Assembly (NCBI GenBank): GCA_021432655.1 | Contig: MU271223.1 | Span: 62,001-126,000 of the forward strand | Direction of reading: 5' to 3' | DNA from: Atractiella rhizophila | Lineage: Eukaryota | Length of the DNA stretch: 64,000 nucleotides | Shown here: in pieces, positions 28,093 through 42,035 of the stretch | How the letters are laid out: each line of letters starts with the position of its first letter | Numbering within the stretch: the stretch's first letter is position 1 | Notes under the pieces: generated by a model | Database searches by the model: none | What the model was told of the DNA's origin: nothing | What the model saw: only the letters and a program-made list of their open reading frames with translations | Position numbers and translations under genes: made by a program

Positions 28093-31000
28093 TCAGAGTT
28101 TCATTTCGTGTAGAACACGCCGTGCTATTCCGCCGCAAGCTCATCAGTGATTTCAATATGAGGTCCACAGAAGACTGACCAAGAGTCTGGTATTGCCAGC
28201 TATTGCCAGAAATGCGCCTAAACTGCAGTCCGTGTATCCCGGGGAGCCATGGAACCTTTACGATAAAAATCTCAAATCTGACAATCAGATCGCTATTCGC
28301 AGCCTGCGACTGTTTCCTTCCTGCGGAGGAGGGAGGGGGGGAGAAAGGCGGGATGATGGATGAAGGTTTAGTGGATGCTGGTGTCGGTGGGACTCTTGTA
28401 TCAGGCAGTGTCCCATTCGACGCGACGTTGAAAGACGAGGAGGAAGTGGTGGTGCGAGTCTGAGCAGTCTGGTGCAAAGAAGACTGTGAGTTTTCTGCAG
28501 AGCGTTCAGGGCGATGGGGGAGGTCTTTCTCCCTCTCTTTTTCTTTCTCTTTCCGTGAAGGCGTTCTCGGAGGCGATATCGCAAGTTTAGATGTACGACG
28601 AGTGACTGACGTCCGATGCTGTAGCGTCTCTCTCGGTGACGATGCCTCCTCCATTTCTGATTCTATTCCACTCGGTGCTCTCCCTCCTGCGGCTACTGAG
28701 GCCAGATCGATAGATGGGACTTTCGCGCATTCGAACCCGGACTTGATTTCGCGATGTTGCACGCCTATGCGATCAAGAACAGCGATGAGATCTCTCCGGA
28801 GGGTCGAGACTGACTTCGTCGTCGTCGTCTGGACCGAGAAGAGACCCTTGAGGTATACAGGCTTGATGGATTCGGAATTTCCTTGTGTAGGGCTAGGACT
28901 CCTCGCCACGAATCCCACCTTTTGCTTCGGCGTCCTCTCCAATTCCTCCTCCTCCTCTCCCTCTCCTTCCTCCCTAATGAAATTGACCGTCTTCTCCGCC
29001 ACAGCAGCAGTGTTGGGACGTTTCGTCTCTCCAACCGACATATGTCTTCTCCGTTCCGGACTGTGAAACAGACGATTCGAGACAGCGTGCCCTCCCACAC
29101 TCGCGCCGCGATAATGGCCCCTGCCCTCCGAAATAGTTGACATCGGTCTCTTAATTTCCTCGTCCTCCTTCTCCATCTCCGGAATCGCCGCACTGCCTTC
29201 ATCCACCTGGGGCAAGGTGCTCGCAGGTCCCTTATTGCTCCCCTTGTGTACTTGTCCACCAATACTAGCCCTCTGTCGATGTCTCTTGAAATCCCCATCC
29301 TGCAAGCTCGTCGCACGGCCAAGCAAGCTCCCAAACCTCCTCACAAAATGTCCAGTCGAAGGAGCAGGTGAAGGAGGTGGACCATCCACACCAGTCCCAT
29401 TCACATTCACATTCACATTCGCATTCGCACTGGCACCGGAAGGATCGATATGCACGCTCCTCCTAACCGTCCCAGTCCTCTCCTTCCTTCCGTCCCCAAT
29501 GCCAACTCCGAATCCCTGATTACCCACACCAGGAGCTGGCGAATTAGGAGCAGACATAGCCGTTGGTATCGGGGTCTGCAGCGACGTCCTCCTTCCCATA
29601 CTTAGCGAATGTCGCTTCGTCTCGCCCATTCCGCTGGACGTCGGCGTCATCGGGAGGGCTTCGGATTGATGAGCGCGGGAAGCTGGTGTGGAGGCGGAGT
29701 GAGGGAGGAGTTTCGGGATCGGGTCAGGAGTGTAATTGGATGGCGAAGCGGCGATCGTGCCCGACTGGATGTCCTCTAATACACCAGGCGTGGCTGTTGT
29801 CGCCCCGTACGCTTGGACTGGGGCTGGAGGGGGAGGAGGACCTGTGAGAGAGAGGGTGGAGGAGGCGAAGACGCCGGGACCGTAGATGCGTTCCCGTTCA
29901 ATCTTCTCCTTGACGAGATAATAGATGGAGATGAGGGGATGGAATCCTCTAGTGGGATCCCAATTTTCTGTACGATTGGCTGGGAGGCCATTCATCGGTT
30001 CCTTCCCATCTTCTCCCTTCCCGGGACTTCCCTGTCCTCCAATGCCATGAAAATGTTCTCCATCCTTCCCACCACCCAAAGCACCAGCGATCTTCTTGCG
30101 ATAAAAGTCAAAACCGCTAAACCTCCTATTAGGACTATGAGCATGCGGGCTCAACTTCCTCGCTCCAATCCCAATGCCCAATCCACTTCCAGTCCTCTCA
30201 AACCCAAAACTCTTCTCGCCACCACCACTACTAGGAAAGCTCTCCGTACTCCCTCCACCCGCGCCTCTCCGTCTCAACTCCCAATTCCTCAACGCCCTTC
30301 CATAATCCTCTCCCTCCAAAACCTCCACCAACTTCTCCCGTATCTCGGCGCTCGTCCCGAACTCAAACCCAGTCATTCCACTGATCACCTCTTCGTCCAA
30401 CTCTCCGACTCGCAAAGGTTCCCTCAAAGGGATGTGGGGATCGGGAGCGCCATCGAACCCTCGGACCATCCAGGGGTGGTGGAGGACTTCGGGGAGGGTG
30501 GCGCGGAGGGAGGGGGAGGTGACGAGCATGCGGGCGAGGAGAGACTTGCAATCTTTCCCATCAACACCAACACCAATCACCGTCAGCATCACGGAACAGA
30601 AGCAACAGCACTCGATCAGCTCTCGTCTGACCTTGACCATTGACGGAGAAAGAAGGGAGGGAGGACACACCGCCTGATAACCATGCCGGATACTCCACTT
30701 GTCCCCTCTTGATCTTTGCATGCAAAGCGGGCATACTCTGGTCATCGAAAGGAACCTTTCCACAAACGAGCACGTAGAGCACGATGCCAAAACTCCATAC
30801 ATCCACCTCCGGACCGGTGTAATATTTCGCGTTGAGAAGCTCCGGAGCTGCAAAGTAGAGAGATCCGCAAAAGGTGGTTAGATTGGAGTGGGGACTGAAG
30901 AGGTTGGAGAGTCCGAAATCGATTATTTTTATGTTTCCCGTCTTCGAGATGAGGATGTTTTCGATTTTTAGATCTGTCCCATCCCGTCCATTAGCTCTTT

Positions 31001-32062
31001 CGGCTTTTGAAGGGTGGAAAGCGCACCTCGGTGCACTATGCTGTTTGCGTGGCAGTATTCCAACGCGCTACCAATTTGTCGCGCGAATTTGCGGGCATGT
31101 CTCTCCCTCAACCGGCCGTGGGATATGATGTAATCGAGCATCTGACCTCCATTCACTGTCGCCACAACATCAAAATCCTTCTCCACATTTTCCCCAAGGA
31201 AACACAAAAGGAGGAAGGACGAACCATACTCGAAAACCATGTAATAATGACCGGAAAGACGAGCATGCTCTTCATTCCACAGACATAGGGGTGATGGAGC
31301 AAGAGCACGATCGAAGCCTCCCTGATGGTTCGAACTTCCTTGCTCACATCTTTCGCGTGAGCCTTGGCGATGTAACTCTTGGTGGGCATCGCCGGCGGTA
31401 TTTCGCCCTCCTTCATCGCGGCCGGATCCGCCGCCGCTGCTCTCGCCGCCTTCTCCTGAGCGTGCACGGAGGCGGTAGACGTGTAACGAGGCACAATCTT
31501 TATCGCCACCTTTCCCCAACCCTGTTCAGCACCGCACCAGACGCTGCACCATCCCTCGGCTGAAGCATGTGAGCATGTGATAGAGGAGACACACCTTGTC
31601 ACCCTTAGCGTTGACTCCTAGCTTCACCTTACCCATACTGCCCGCTCCAAGGGTCTTACCCAGCGTCCATTCTCCGAGTTGACGCGTTCGCTCTTTCCGC
31701 CTCTCCCTCTCCCCCCCTCCATCCCTCGTGCTCCTGCGCTCCTTCTCCTTCTCCCTCTCCCTCCTCTGAACAGCCGACGCTTCCTTCTCCCTCCTCTGCG
31801 ACGACTCCTTTTCCTTCCTCTGCGTCTGCGTCTGCTGCTGCTGCTGGGAGGAGGACGACTCCATCCCCACCTCCCCATCTAGGTCCCCTCCCTCTCGGTG
31901 CTGCGCCGACCTTGACGCCCTGGAGGTCGGCTTGAGGTTGAGCCCGCCGTCGAGCATCATCTCGAGTTCGGGCGTGGAGGACGAGCGGTCGGGGTGGGAG
32001 GTGGAGAGGAGGTCAGCGGGATGGGGGGCGCGCGGCGTGAGCGAGCCGTTGGTGCCGTTCAT
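28093..32062 (-). CDS. KIN1: KIN1/PAR-1/MARK family Ser/Thr kinase with C-terminal KA1 domain
   Basis: [124 protein letters not shown]. Confidence 0.96.
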
Positions 32063-32391
32063 GGCTGCCCGGCACTGATACGGAGGTATTACTGGTGCTA
32101 CTCTGGAGTAAGGAAATAAGGAATAGTCGATGAATAAAATGAGGAGATTGTGACGAGTGAAAGATTGGGGAATTGATGCGTGTCAATGATGACCCATCAC
32201 GTGATATTCCCATTTCAAATATGCAAACTATATAGTCAGAAAGTGCGGCTGAGTAAGCAATAGAACACGTTAAACAGAGTTTAAGTTGGCGAGTGAAGTT
32301 TGGAAAGAGCTCCGATCGCCTTCTGCCCAAAAGACTCCCGACCATCAGCTCTCCTCAGCCTCTTCCCCCATCAGAACAGCACACAGCGACC

Positions 32392-35300
32392 ATGGCCCTC
32401 ATCCTCTCCCTCGACTTCTCCGTCACGTGTCTCCGCGGCCTCCTGCTCGACGACCACCTCGAAGTCGTCTGGTCCACCGTCGTCGTGTTCGACAGAGACT
32501 GCAAGGAATACGGGTCAGCCCTTCCTCCTTTCCTCATGCTCTGTTGGGATACGTGTCCCGAATACCTCTCGTTCGTGTGGTGGATGCGCTGGGAAGGTGC
32601 AGCGCAGGAAGTGCCATGTCTTCGTTCGGAGCTGCCGTCGCGCGTCCTATCCTTTTTCAAAGTTCTTAACTGTCGGCTGTGGGCTGTTCAGGCGGGGAAG
32701 GGGGAGCTGTCCTTCCTTCTTCTCTCGTCTCTTCATTCAATCGTAGAGCTAGCAGGGCTTCGTGATGGTTTGACCGTCCTTTGAGATTCGTTGATCATTC
32801 TTGCAGCACAATGATCTGTTGATCAATGGAGGCCAACTACATTGCAAGGCGATATCATGGTGTTGCATGTTGGACACCTTGAAGATTGCAAATAGCATGA
32901 AAAGCTGGAGCGACCGACACAGCCTGTTGAGCTGTTGAGCTCAGCACGAACACCAATGATACGTGCAAGGACCTCTCTCGGCCGGAGGCCACCATGACTG
33001 AATAACCATACGCTTCACGTGTTCTACTTCGCCTGACGCGATTGATGTTCAAGCGAGGCGAAGAAGCATTCCTAGAGAGGAGACCTCAAAGAGGAGACAG
33101 CTCATCTGTCAAAGTTAATTCGCCTCTCCCTTCTTACCGCACGTTCCCGTACATGGACATGAAGCGGCCGGATCCATGAGCTCGATTCTGGATGTGGAAT
33201 TTGCGATGAGACTAGTCAGTCAACTAGATCGTTGGAGTTCAAGCTGCTTGGGAAACTGGAGCTTGCATGTTACATGGATACACGTGTGGTTAGGTTAGAG
33301 AGGCGTCCATGAATTGATCACTCATGATGTTATGTTTATCCATCTCCATCTCTACTCCTTCTGGCGGACGTTTTGCTGACATGATGGTTTGTGGGATCTT
33401 GGGGATGTAGGACAAGAGGAGGCTGCCATGCCTTTGGGGACGAAATCACCTCTCCATCGGAGATGCACATTCGAGCGCTCGACCTCCTCCTGAGTCGATT
33501 AGACGGTCGACACATCTCTCGAATCGTAGCCGTGACAGGGAGCGCACAGGTCTGTCTCCTCCGTCCCGTCGCACATGACACGCCTCTACATGATCTAAAG
33601 CTAATAGAGGACACAGCAACACGCAGCCGTCTACCTCTCCTCGTCAACACTATCGAAACTATCTTCCCTGCAAAATACCCCAAACGCTCAGTTGTTGCAG
33701 CACCTCGCTCCTTTTACCACTCTCCCGAATTCTCCGAATGGTCAGGACACTTCGACAGCGAGTCAGGCGAGAGAGTTGGGCAGGATCTTTGGTGGGGAGA
33801 GGGGGGAAGAGTTGGTATGGAGAACCGGTGGGAGGGTCCATCATCGCTATACTGGTACGCTTCCCGTCTCCTCGTCGATTTGTCGATGTGTTGGACCTTG
33901 TTGAGGTTGATGTGCATGTATACAGGGTTACAGATCATGAAGCTCCGTCAAACGAAACCCCAGATCCTAGCAGACACAGCTCAAATCTTGCTCCTCTCGA
34001 CTTGGATCACTTCTCTCTTTTTGGGACGACTAGCTCCGACGGACGAGTCGGACGCGTGTGCGACCGGTTTGTGGAATGTGAGGGAGCGGAGGTGGGACGA
34101 GAAGATCGCCGGTGTGGTGTTGGGAGACTTTAAGAAGGATGGTGTGTCCGGCGCCGCGTTGATTGAGAGGTGGTTGGGCGGAGTGAAGAGGTTTAATGGC
34201 GAGAGTGTGAGTGTCCAATAGTTTGTATGTGACGTTCAGAAGATGTTGAATGAATGTATGGGCGTAGGCAGGGACAATAGGACGATACTTTGTCCAGAGG
34301 TTTAACTTCTCGCCAGGTATTTACTTCCTCATTGATTTCGTCATTACTGAAGTCGCGCCGTCTAAAGACTGCAAGGTTTTCGCTTTCACGGGAGACGTCC
34401 CGTCGACCGCTCTTTCCTTCACTCTTTCCCCGACAGACGCCATCATCTCCCTCGGCGTAGGCGATGCGGATACAGTCATGCTACCCATAGACAAGTTTCA
34501 ACCGTCGGCCGCCCATCAGGTGTTCCCTCACCCTGCAGAAAGGGAGGACGGCAAATGGATTGCTGCCATCCCGTGACTATTATTCTGCTCTGTTCGATGG
34601 AGAAATATTGACAATGGTCGAACAGGTACAAGGATGCGTCCATGGCGAGAAGCTTTGTCCGCGATATTTACTGCAATCACTCTTGGGACGTCTTCAACAC
34701 CTTTGTCAACCAAATTGCCCCCGGTGGTTCCATAGGGTACAGTCCCTTTTGTACTATGACAGTCGGAAACTGAGATGGTTTGTCCATGCAGGCTGGATGA
34801 CAAGCTCTTTTCTTTCTTTTACCCTCACGGCGAGTCCGGAGTCTGGCAAGGAATCAGCCGATTCGAGCGTGGACAGCGGGTTACAGACTATGGGGATCGT
34901 CGAGCGAACCCGAGAGCGATTCTAGAGAGTCAGTTCCTTTCGATGCGGATACGTCTTTCCGCACTCTTCGAACCGAAATCCAAGAAACCGAAAAAGGACA
35001 ACAACGACCATTCCGCCCTTCCCCAACGCATCATCGTCGTCGGTCCCGCTTCGGAGAATGCAACATTGCTCCAGACACTCTCCAACGTCTTGGGAGCCCC
35101 AGTCTTCAAGGCCATGAGCTGTGCTGGATTCAATGCCGATCCATCTACACCTACCAGCGCGAAGCGGAAGATCGACAATACGACTTCGATTGGAGCGGAA
35201 GGTGATGGGACGGAAGCAGGGGACGAGGAGGAGGAACGATCAGCTTCTGCTTTTGGAGCTGCCTACAAAGCCCGTTGGGCGTACGAAGGCACGCGTGAAT

Positions 35301-35638
35301 CCTTCGAGGCGTTCACAGCCAGGCAACTACGGTCGAAATCTACTCCATCCAACGGACCAGCTTTCCTCGAACCTCAACCTCTTTCCAGAATCCCGTCGTC
35401 GCAGAACACCAGCCTCACCATCCCTTCAACCGTCACCCCACCAACGGCAGCGGCTACTGCTGCTGCTGCGAGTGGTGCGGGCAGCAACTTGATCGTTCCG
35501 ATCTTGACGGACGACAAGGACGCAGAGTTGGGATTGAGAAAAGTCGCGGAGCCCGATGAGGACGCTTTCAAGTTCTATGGGGCGATGATCGAGGAATTCT
35601 TGAGATTAGAAGGCTTCGTTCAGAAAGGTCTACTTTGA
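32392..35638 (+). CDS. Xylulokinase-like FGGY carbohydrate kinase (divergent)
   Basis: LSLDFSVT.LRGLLLD, FDRDCKEYGTRGG, ALDLLL, VTGSAQ, GLQIMK, DESDACATGLW, FTGDVP, RAILESQFLSMR, RIIVVGPASEN, AFGAAYKA. Confidence 0.8.
32514..33410 (+). other. Unusually long (897 bp) first intron of the xylulokinase-like gene
   Basis: GTCAGC donor at 32514, GCTGAC branch near 33375, TAG acceptor at 33410; joining gives KEYG-TRGG in frame. Confidence 0.8.
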
Positions 35639-36299
35639 TTATTCGCCCATGTTCTCTGGACCGGCATGCTTTATCATTGGATGATCAGATCAGCCCTAGA
35701 CCGCAACCATTTCATACACCGTCAATCCCATTTTCACCACTCTTTTCCTCGGAGTATGGAACAACCATCAGTTTCGCCCGCCTCTATCCCCCCGCTCCAC
35801 ATGGATCGCCCCCTCTATTTTCTTTGCAGAGGCAAAACAACTTTCACGATACAACGTCTTGCTCGTACATCGTTTCGTTTTACATTCCTCCGTTTCGTTT
35901 AGCATATTTTCGGGATTTTCTTTTCGTCTAGCAGTTGGACGTGCTCAAAAGAATCACTTACAAAGTTCAACCATGCACAAGGATGACGGTATCGATGTCA
36001 AAAGCCAATCCAACTACATAATGTACCACTTCAACTTCATCTACGTACTCAAAAGAAGCACATCTTCTGGATTTATATACTCTGGTTTTAGGTCAAATTT
36101 CCTGGATCGTTTCATTCCCCAAGATACCCACTAAAAGGTATATAAATTTTACTTTCACTTCTTTTTACTTGAAGCTTCAAGGCCACTTGTGAACTGCCTT
36201 TGCGATTCTGCGCCGTCAAAATGTGGTGAATCCTGTGGTGATAGGGGTACGGACGGGCGCTCTTGTATAGTTGTATACTTTTAGCCAGGCGTCAGTTGA

Positions 36300-38560
36300 A
36301 AGTGATGATGACACTAACGACAATACAAATTGCAATTCAGAACCACTACAGTACCTTCACGCGACTTGAACGCTAGCCAGAGGCAAATTTGTCAAGCTCA
36401 ACGAAGACAATATATCAAGATACGGTTTCATTGTGAAGCAGGCATGATGGATCGCAAGTCTGGTCACTCTGCAATAGTGTCAAATGTGAGGATTGTGGAA
36501 GGAAGATTGGGACAAAGGGATCTTGTACGGCTATGGCAAAATAAATAACGAAATGGAGCAATTAATTTGCGTTCAAAAGGCAACAAGTTACAAGCCCTTG
36601 TTGCACAAAGGGATCTTCATCACTAGCTCTCCGTTGCTCTGGCAGCAGTCTTAATGGACATTGTTTGCAAGTTATGGCTACATACAAGGGATCTACTTTA
36701 CGCAGATCGCATAAAGCCTGTTCTGCTTTGGAAGTTCCTCACCAAGAACCCAAACCTATTGCACTGTCAGAAGTTGCTTGCGACATAGCAGAACGAGAAA
36801 CCCACAGAATGCCTTGGCTCCACTTGCATCCCCTTTATTCCAGCAGACTCACCAAATCAAAGCGATGGTTCGTTCTTACAACTTGCTTTGTGTGTCTTCC
36901 TCATCCCATCACGGTCTCTTAGGGTAGCACGTAAAGAACTAGTCACATTGCTCAATGGGGAGATCCACGATCCTAACTTGCACCAACATTATGAAGCTAA
37001 GGATGCAGAACTATATCCTTGGACATCTTCCACATTTCCAAGGCCAAAGGATGGCAGCATTGATGAACGGCTACGGGAGCGAGTCACATCAGAGCACCGC
37101 GCGCAGCGCCGTGCGAATCCAAGCAAAGGAAACAAATATGGATTCCGTGAAGGCGTAGAACCAGTTTACGGTCCAGAAAGACCGCGAAGTAACTTGCACC
37201 GTAGGTGGCTTTCAAACTGTGTAACGGGTCAATGATATCCATTGCTCAGCACGAAGAATCATTCAACAAAATATCCGTGCTTTCCCAGGGCTGGGTCGAT
37301 GGGGTTGAGGGCCGCTGATCCTGTTACTTTTGTTTCCTGTTTATAAGTTTTCATGATACTTGACGCGGCACGATTTCGAAGGCGGAACGATAGTTTTATG
37401 CTCGGTATATAAAATGAATTGAGAGTATTGATAACATGCTACGATCTGGAGGAAACCAAGGATGTATGGCGATGACTCAGCTCCGCATTTATCAGGATGC
37501 AGTCCACAGGCCATAACCAGAATGTGAGCCTGAGCTTGATACCATCTGCATCTCACAGTCATGTGCACACTCATCAACAGGAATAAAAAAGTCTAGAGAA
37601 GACCATGGAGGGATTGCCACTCAGCTGCGAGCCTTTTCAACAACATCTTGGAGGAGTTTTGAAAATAGTTGACTATGAGAACTTTTCGATCGAATGCTTC
37701 AAGTGCACAGGTAAATTTCGTCTACTATCGTACATTTGCCAACTAAACAGGCATAGAATACAGATGAAGTAGCCGAAATTCCTTCGGGATCTATGGCGAA
37801 GCAGAAGCTGAGAGGTGTGCGGCTCATTGCTCTATGTCTAGTTTTAATTCTTGAGCAGGCATGACTTGGCAGCGATGTGACGGAGTCCCCATTCTAGGAT
37901 CTCGAAAAGTCCGCCAGGTTCTCCTTGGCGCCTTTTTTCCAGAATTTTACACAGCACAAGAATTAGATCTTCTACACAACCTCCTAGACGAAGAATGGAG
38001 CGCGAAATGTGACTTCTTTGCGGAAAAAAACGTCAACCCGCATGAGAACAAACTGGCATGGAGATTTGAAGCGGGTTACTTCGATGCCATTCGGTGGACT
38101 GGTTCTCGACTCGTTGACCCTTTTGGTCTGTCTCCATGGTGGGCTGGCGGCATCTCATGCGCATTATTGAATGAAATGCCTCGAGAGTATAAGAAGCACG
38201 ATAGTGCTTATATGGAGGTCAGAATTGTGGTTAATCTCATGATTGGAGTGGAAAAAAGGCCGTTGCGCTAAAAGCTGACATTGCTGAAGGAATATGAATT
38301 TCGTTTCAAAAGATGATGACCAAGTCTAGGAAGATTATTGCCGACTCATTTTAAGGTCACAACTTCGAAGCGCGCACAGGCTGTTGCCTGCGTCGTAATC
38401 CAAACCAGCTGTAACCCAAACAGAAAGACGCACAGTTCTTCTCCTGTGCGCCGAGAATATAGGGAAAAGGTCATGGGAAGATTTGAGTGACTCACAAAAG
38501 GCTTCAATCTTTGTGAAAGATGACTTAAAGAAAGGTCGGATGCAAATTCAGTTGAGTATA
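36300..38560 (+). pseudogene. Fragmented coding-like region, probable decayed gene or transposon relic
   Basis: Protein-like ORF pieces (36888-37235, 37861-38271) separated by intron-like gaps and stops; no family recognised. Confidence 0.3.
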
Positions 38561-38935
38561 CCTAAGAGAAGAGAAGAGAATAACTTGGGTAGAGGAACGC
38601 CTTTAAGTGCAAACCACTCGCCCAAGCATCGCTTTGAAAATCGAGGATAGAAAAATCTGACCGCGTCCCCATATGTAAGACCACCACTCCCTTTCAGCCG
38701 CTTCCTATCATTCATGACAACAGCATCACACAGGGATGCACTGGCACCACAAGCGAATTTCAAATTGTACCAATCGTTATGCGTATGCCACGTGCGTACT
38801 AGCCCCTTACAGCTTTGCACCTTGTTGACGACGAGTAACGCCGCGTTTAGAGACATAAAGCAGAGCATAAAGCTAGACAACCACGAGATTAAATCATCGT
38901 AGAACTCATAGAGACGACTAACATTCAACGCTGGC

Positions 38936-40373
38936 ATGAGGGCCTTCTACCTTCTCTGTGTCACTTTCCTCCCTTCAGTCGTTCAAGCGTTTGGCGCTGC
39001 TGGTAGGCTGTCATTATCATTGCATTGTCACTGTTGCTGATAATCAACTGTACAGGACACGAAATAGTAGCCACTGTATGCGTAGAGCTTTCGAATGGAT
39101 GCATCAGGTTCTCAAACAGGAGCGCAGATTGCCCAGATCTATCTTTATCCGTCCACCCTGCAGAAGATTCTCCCTCTCTTACCAGAACCCCAGCATCGCG
39201 GTGAACTTGCCTACGTCGCTGCTTGGGCTGACAAAATCAAGTTTGCTTATCGGTCAGTCTCATTTCCTGTACCTTACTTGAGATTGACGCGTTTGGAGGA
39301 AACAGGTGGTCTAGTCCTTTGCACTATGTGAACGGGAAGGACGACTATCCACCTTCTAAATGCTATTTTGGAGAGCATGGATGGATGGATGACGAAACGA
39401 ATATCTTTAGTATGCTCGTTCCAGAGCTTTACCCTATTTGTTGATGTTTGTCGCCGTTAGCTGCGATCGCCAATTACACGGAGAGAATGGGAGACGAGAA
39501 CCTTCCAACCTGGGATCGTTCATTTGCGCTCAAGTTCCTCATCCACTTTATTGGTTCGTTTTACTGCTTCAGTCAACCCTGGTGAGATTCGAGGGTATGA
39601 GGGGTCAGGTGATCTTCATCAGCCTCTCCACTTGACGGGACGCAATCGCGGCGGAAACAGCGACTACGTCCGTTTCGAAGGGCGAAAAATGTCCTTGCAC
39701 TCTCTTTGGGACGGACAACTGATTGCTAAAGCCATTCGCACTCTTCCCAACTACACTCATTCTGTCCCTTCGTGCGTTCTCCCTCTGTCCTGTTTTGACG
39801 TTTGATAACTTGGACCATTTGAAGGCCTGCGATCGAAAGTGTTCTCCAAGGCGCAATTTATGATCCATACGTACGATGGATGACGTACGAGTTATTAGAG
39901 CAAGAGAAGGGATGGAGTGCATCCGAAGTTTCCTCCTGGCTCGTCTGTCCCCAAACTACCGAATCTCAAGTTTCGGCCAACTTCAAGTCTCGTCCTCCGC
40001 TCTCCGGAATCGACGAGCAGCTCGTTCTCTCTTATTCTCATGTAGGAGGAGGAACCAAGGACCCGTACCCTTACCTCCCTGTTTGTCCCTACGCTTGGGC
40101 GGAGGAGACCCATAGAAGTGTCACCTGCCCCCTTGGATTCCCTGGAATGGAGGAAGAAAGTTTGGATACGTTTGGCAAGCCCAGGGAGGATTTGCCTGTT
40201 GTTAGTGAGGATTGGTATAAGCAAGTGAGGGGCGGCCTTGTGCTTGAGAAACTGCTCGTTATGGGTGGTAGGTCGTCTTACGGTCTCCCTCGTGATGCAC
40301 CTAATTCATGATGGATGGATGTGTAGGGCTGAGGCTGGCTGGCGTACTTAACGCTGTGTTCGGCGACGAGTAG
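38936..40373 (+). CDS. Secreted S1/P1 nuclease
   Basis: Signal peptide MRAFYLLCVTFLPSVVQA then FGAAGHEIVA; AAWADKIK, LHYVN, ALKFLIHFIGDLHQPLH, GRNRGGN, SLHSLWD, GLRLAGVLN. Confidence 0.92.
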
Positions 40374-40832
40374 TAGAGCAGTGGAGAGTGGTAAAGAGCG
40401 CATCGTAGAAATACATGACATACGGTGGGTCGGCTCTATTTTGTTTCAGTTCTCACTCGGTGTTCGATTGAAGTGATGTGTATGATTGTAAGACTATGAG
40501 CAAACACAATTCTTACATGCTTTTTCACAGTTGGTCTAAAGGTTGCAGCTGCAACTTGGCCGAGCTGAGATTTCCCCATAACCACTGGACGCTGCAACGG
40601 TTTTTGAGCTATGTGTTAAACGTCAGAGCCAAATGAGTAGAACTTCCCCTTAAGTATTCTCTCTCGTCGTAATAAGCGGTAAATATCCCCAACATGTCCT
40701 CGATTGTATGGTATGCCCTATGAACCTCTCAACCCCGCAGCTTTCTAGGCGCTTGCTAGCTGATGCCGTCCTACTCTGTGATTGAGGTTGCTGTCCGCTG
40801 TCTTTGGCACAAGCTCAAGCTGCGGATAATTA

Positions 40833-42035
40833 ATGTTTCGTCGCTTCCTAACAATGACCATTTCTTCAAACGCAACAAGGGCCACGACCCTTCTGGCAGC
40901 TGCGAGACATCAAGCGAGACGTCGCGCCGCTGCTACAAATGCCCGGTGGACCTCTACCAAGGCAGGGGAAGGAGCGACTCCCGGTCCATTGAGCGATCGG
41001 TTGGCAGGATGGGTCGAGCAAACACTTGCAGAATCAAAGTCGCGTCCACTCTTCACTTACAAAGGACATCTTTATCCGAACCTCGCCCTTGCGCTATCCA
41101 AGTCTCTCCCACCTCCGTTTGCCGACACCCGACCTCTGGCTCAAAGTCCATTTTACAACCTCTCACTACGTGATGAGTCTACAGCCCTTCCACCTCTGTG
41201 GGAACTCATCTATCTGAATGAGAGCGAGGTTCAATGCACGGAGGATGTTAAAGCAGACGGTTCCGACTCAATGGTTACCGAGCCACCATCACCCGGCTCA
41301 GAGTGGGAAAGGATGTGGGTTGGTGGATCATTCGAGTATCCGTCTGCAACGAAAGGCTTGATGGTGAACAAGTTTACAAGGGTCGAAATAGGTTTGGAAA
41401 AAGTGGAGTTCAAGACGGGAAAGGATGGGAGGGAGGGAATTTATGTTACGCAACGGAGGAGCCTTAAGCAGATTGAGCGAGAGGAGGAAGATACTGAAGC
41501 AATTTGGGACATGAAAGCACCGCTTAGCATTGATCGTCGAACCCATCTCTACAGACTCCCTCTCGAAGGTACTCCTTCCTCCTCCGCCTCTAGCCAGAAA
41601 TCCGCTATTCAGCCTTCCAGCTCAACATCTCGGAAGCCTCACAGCCACTTCAAATGCGTAGCCAACTCTATGCATCTGTTCCGCTTTTCTGCTTTAACCT
41701 TCAATGGCCACCGTATACATTGGGATGAGAGATATTCGCAAGAAGTAGAACGCAGGGAAGGTGTGTGTTCCGGTTCACGTCGATCCTTCTAAAGCAATGT
41801 TTGTCCAGGACCATTGGTTCATGGGCCGCTTACATGCCTTCTCTTGGCGTCGTCTATCATCAGTTCACATCCTGAGAAGCGGTTGAAAAGCTGGAAATAT
41901 CGAGCCACTTCTCCCTTGGTCGTCGGGCGTCCGTTCTCGCTCAATGGAAGAGATACCGGCGACGGTTTCATTGAAGGCTGGGCGGAACATGAAAATGGAG
42001 GAGAAATCATGAGCGGGGTCGCTAAATTCCATTGA
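40833..42035 (+). CDS. Double hotdog-fold dehydratase (HTD2 / mesaconyl-C4-CoA hydratase-like), probably mitochondrial
   Basis: LPPLWELIY, ADGSD, RMWVGGSF, LFRFSALTFNGHRIHWD..Y...E, LVHGPLT, YRATSPL; Arg-rich N-terminus. Confidence 0.85.

Noticed and set aside
29399..29430. (CACATT)n microsatellite
   Set aside because: Encodes the low-complexity [10 protein letters not shown] stretch within KIN1.
29813..30643. Long antisense ORFs over KIN1 (and similar ones over RPL4, THOC1 and the copia ORF)
   Set aside because: Shadow frames of GC- or purine-biased coding sequence with no motifs.
32514..33410. TPP riboswitch in a long fungal intron
   Set aside because: The conserved CTGAGA and CTGAT...GCG elements were not found, and the host gene is unrelated to thiamine.
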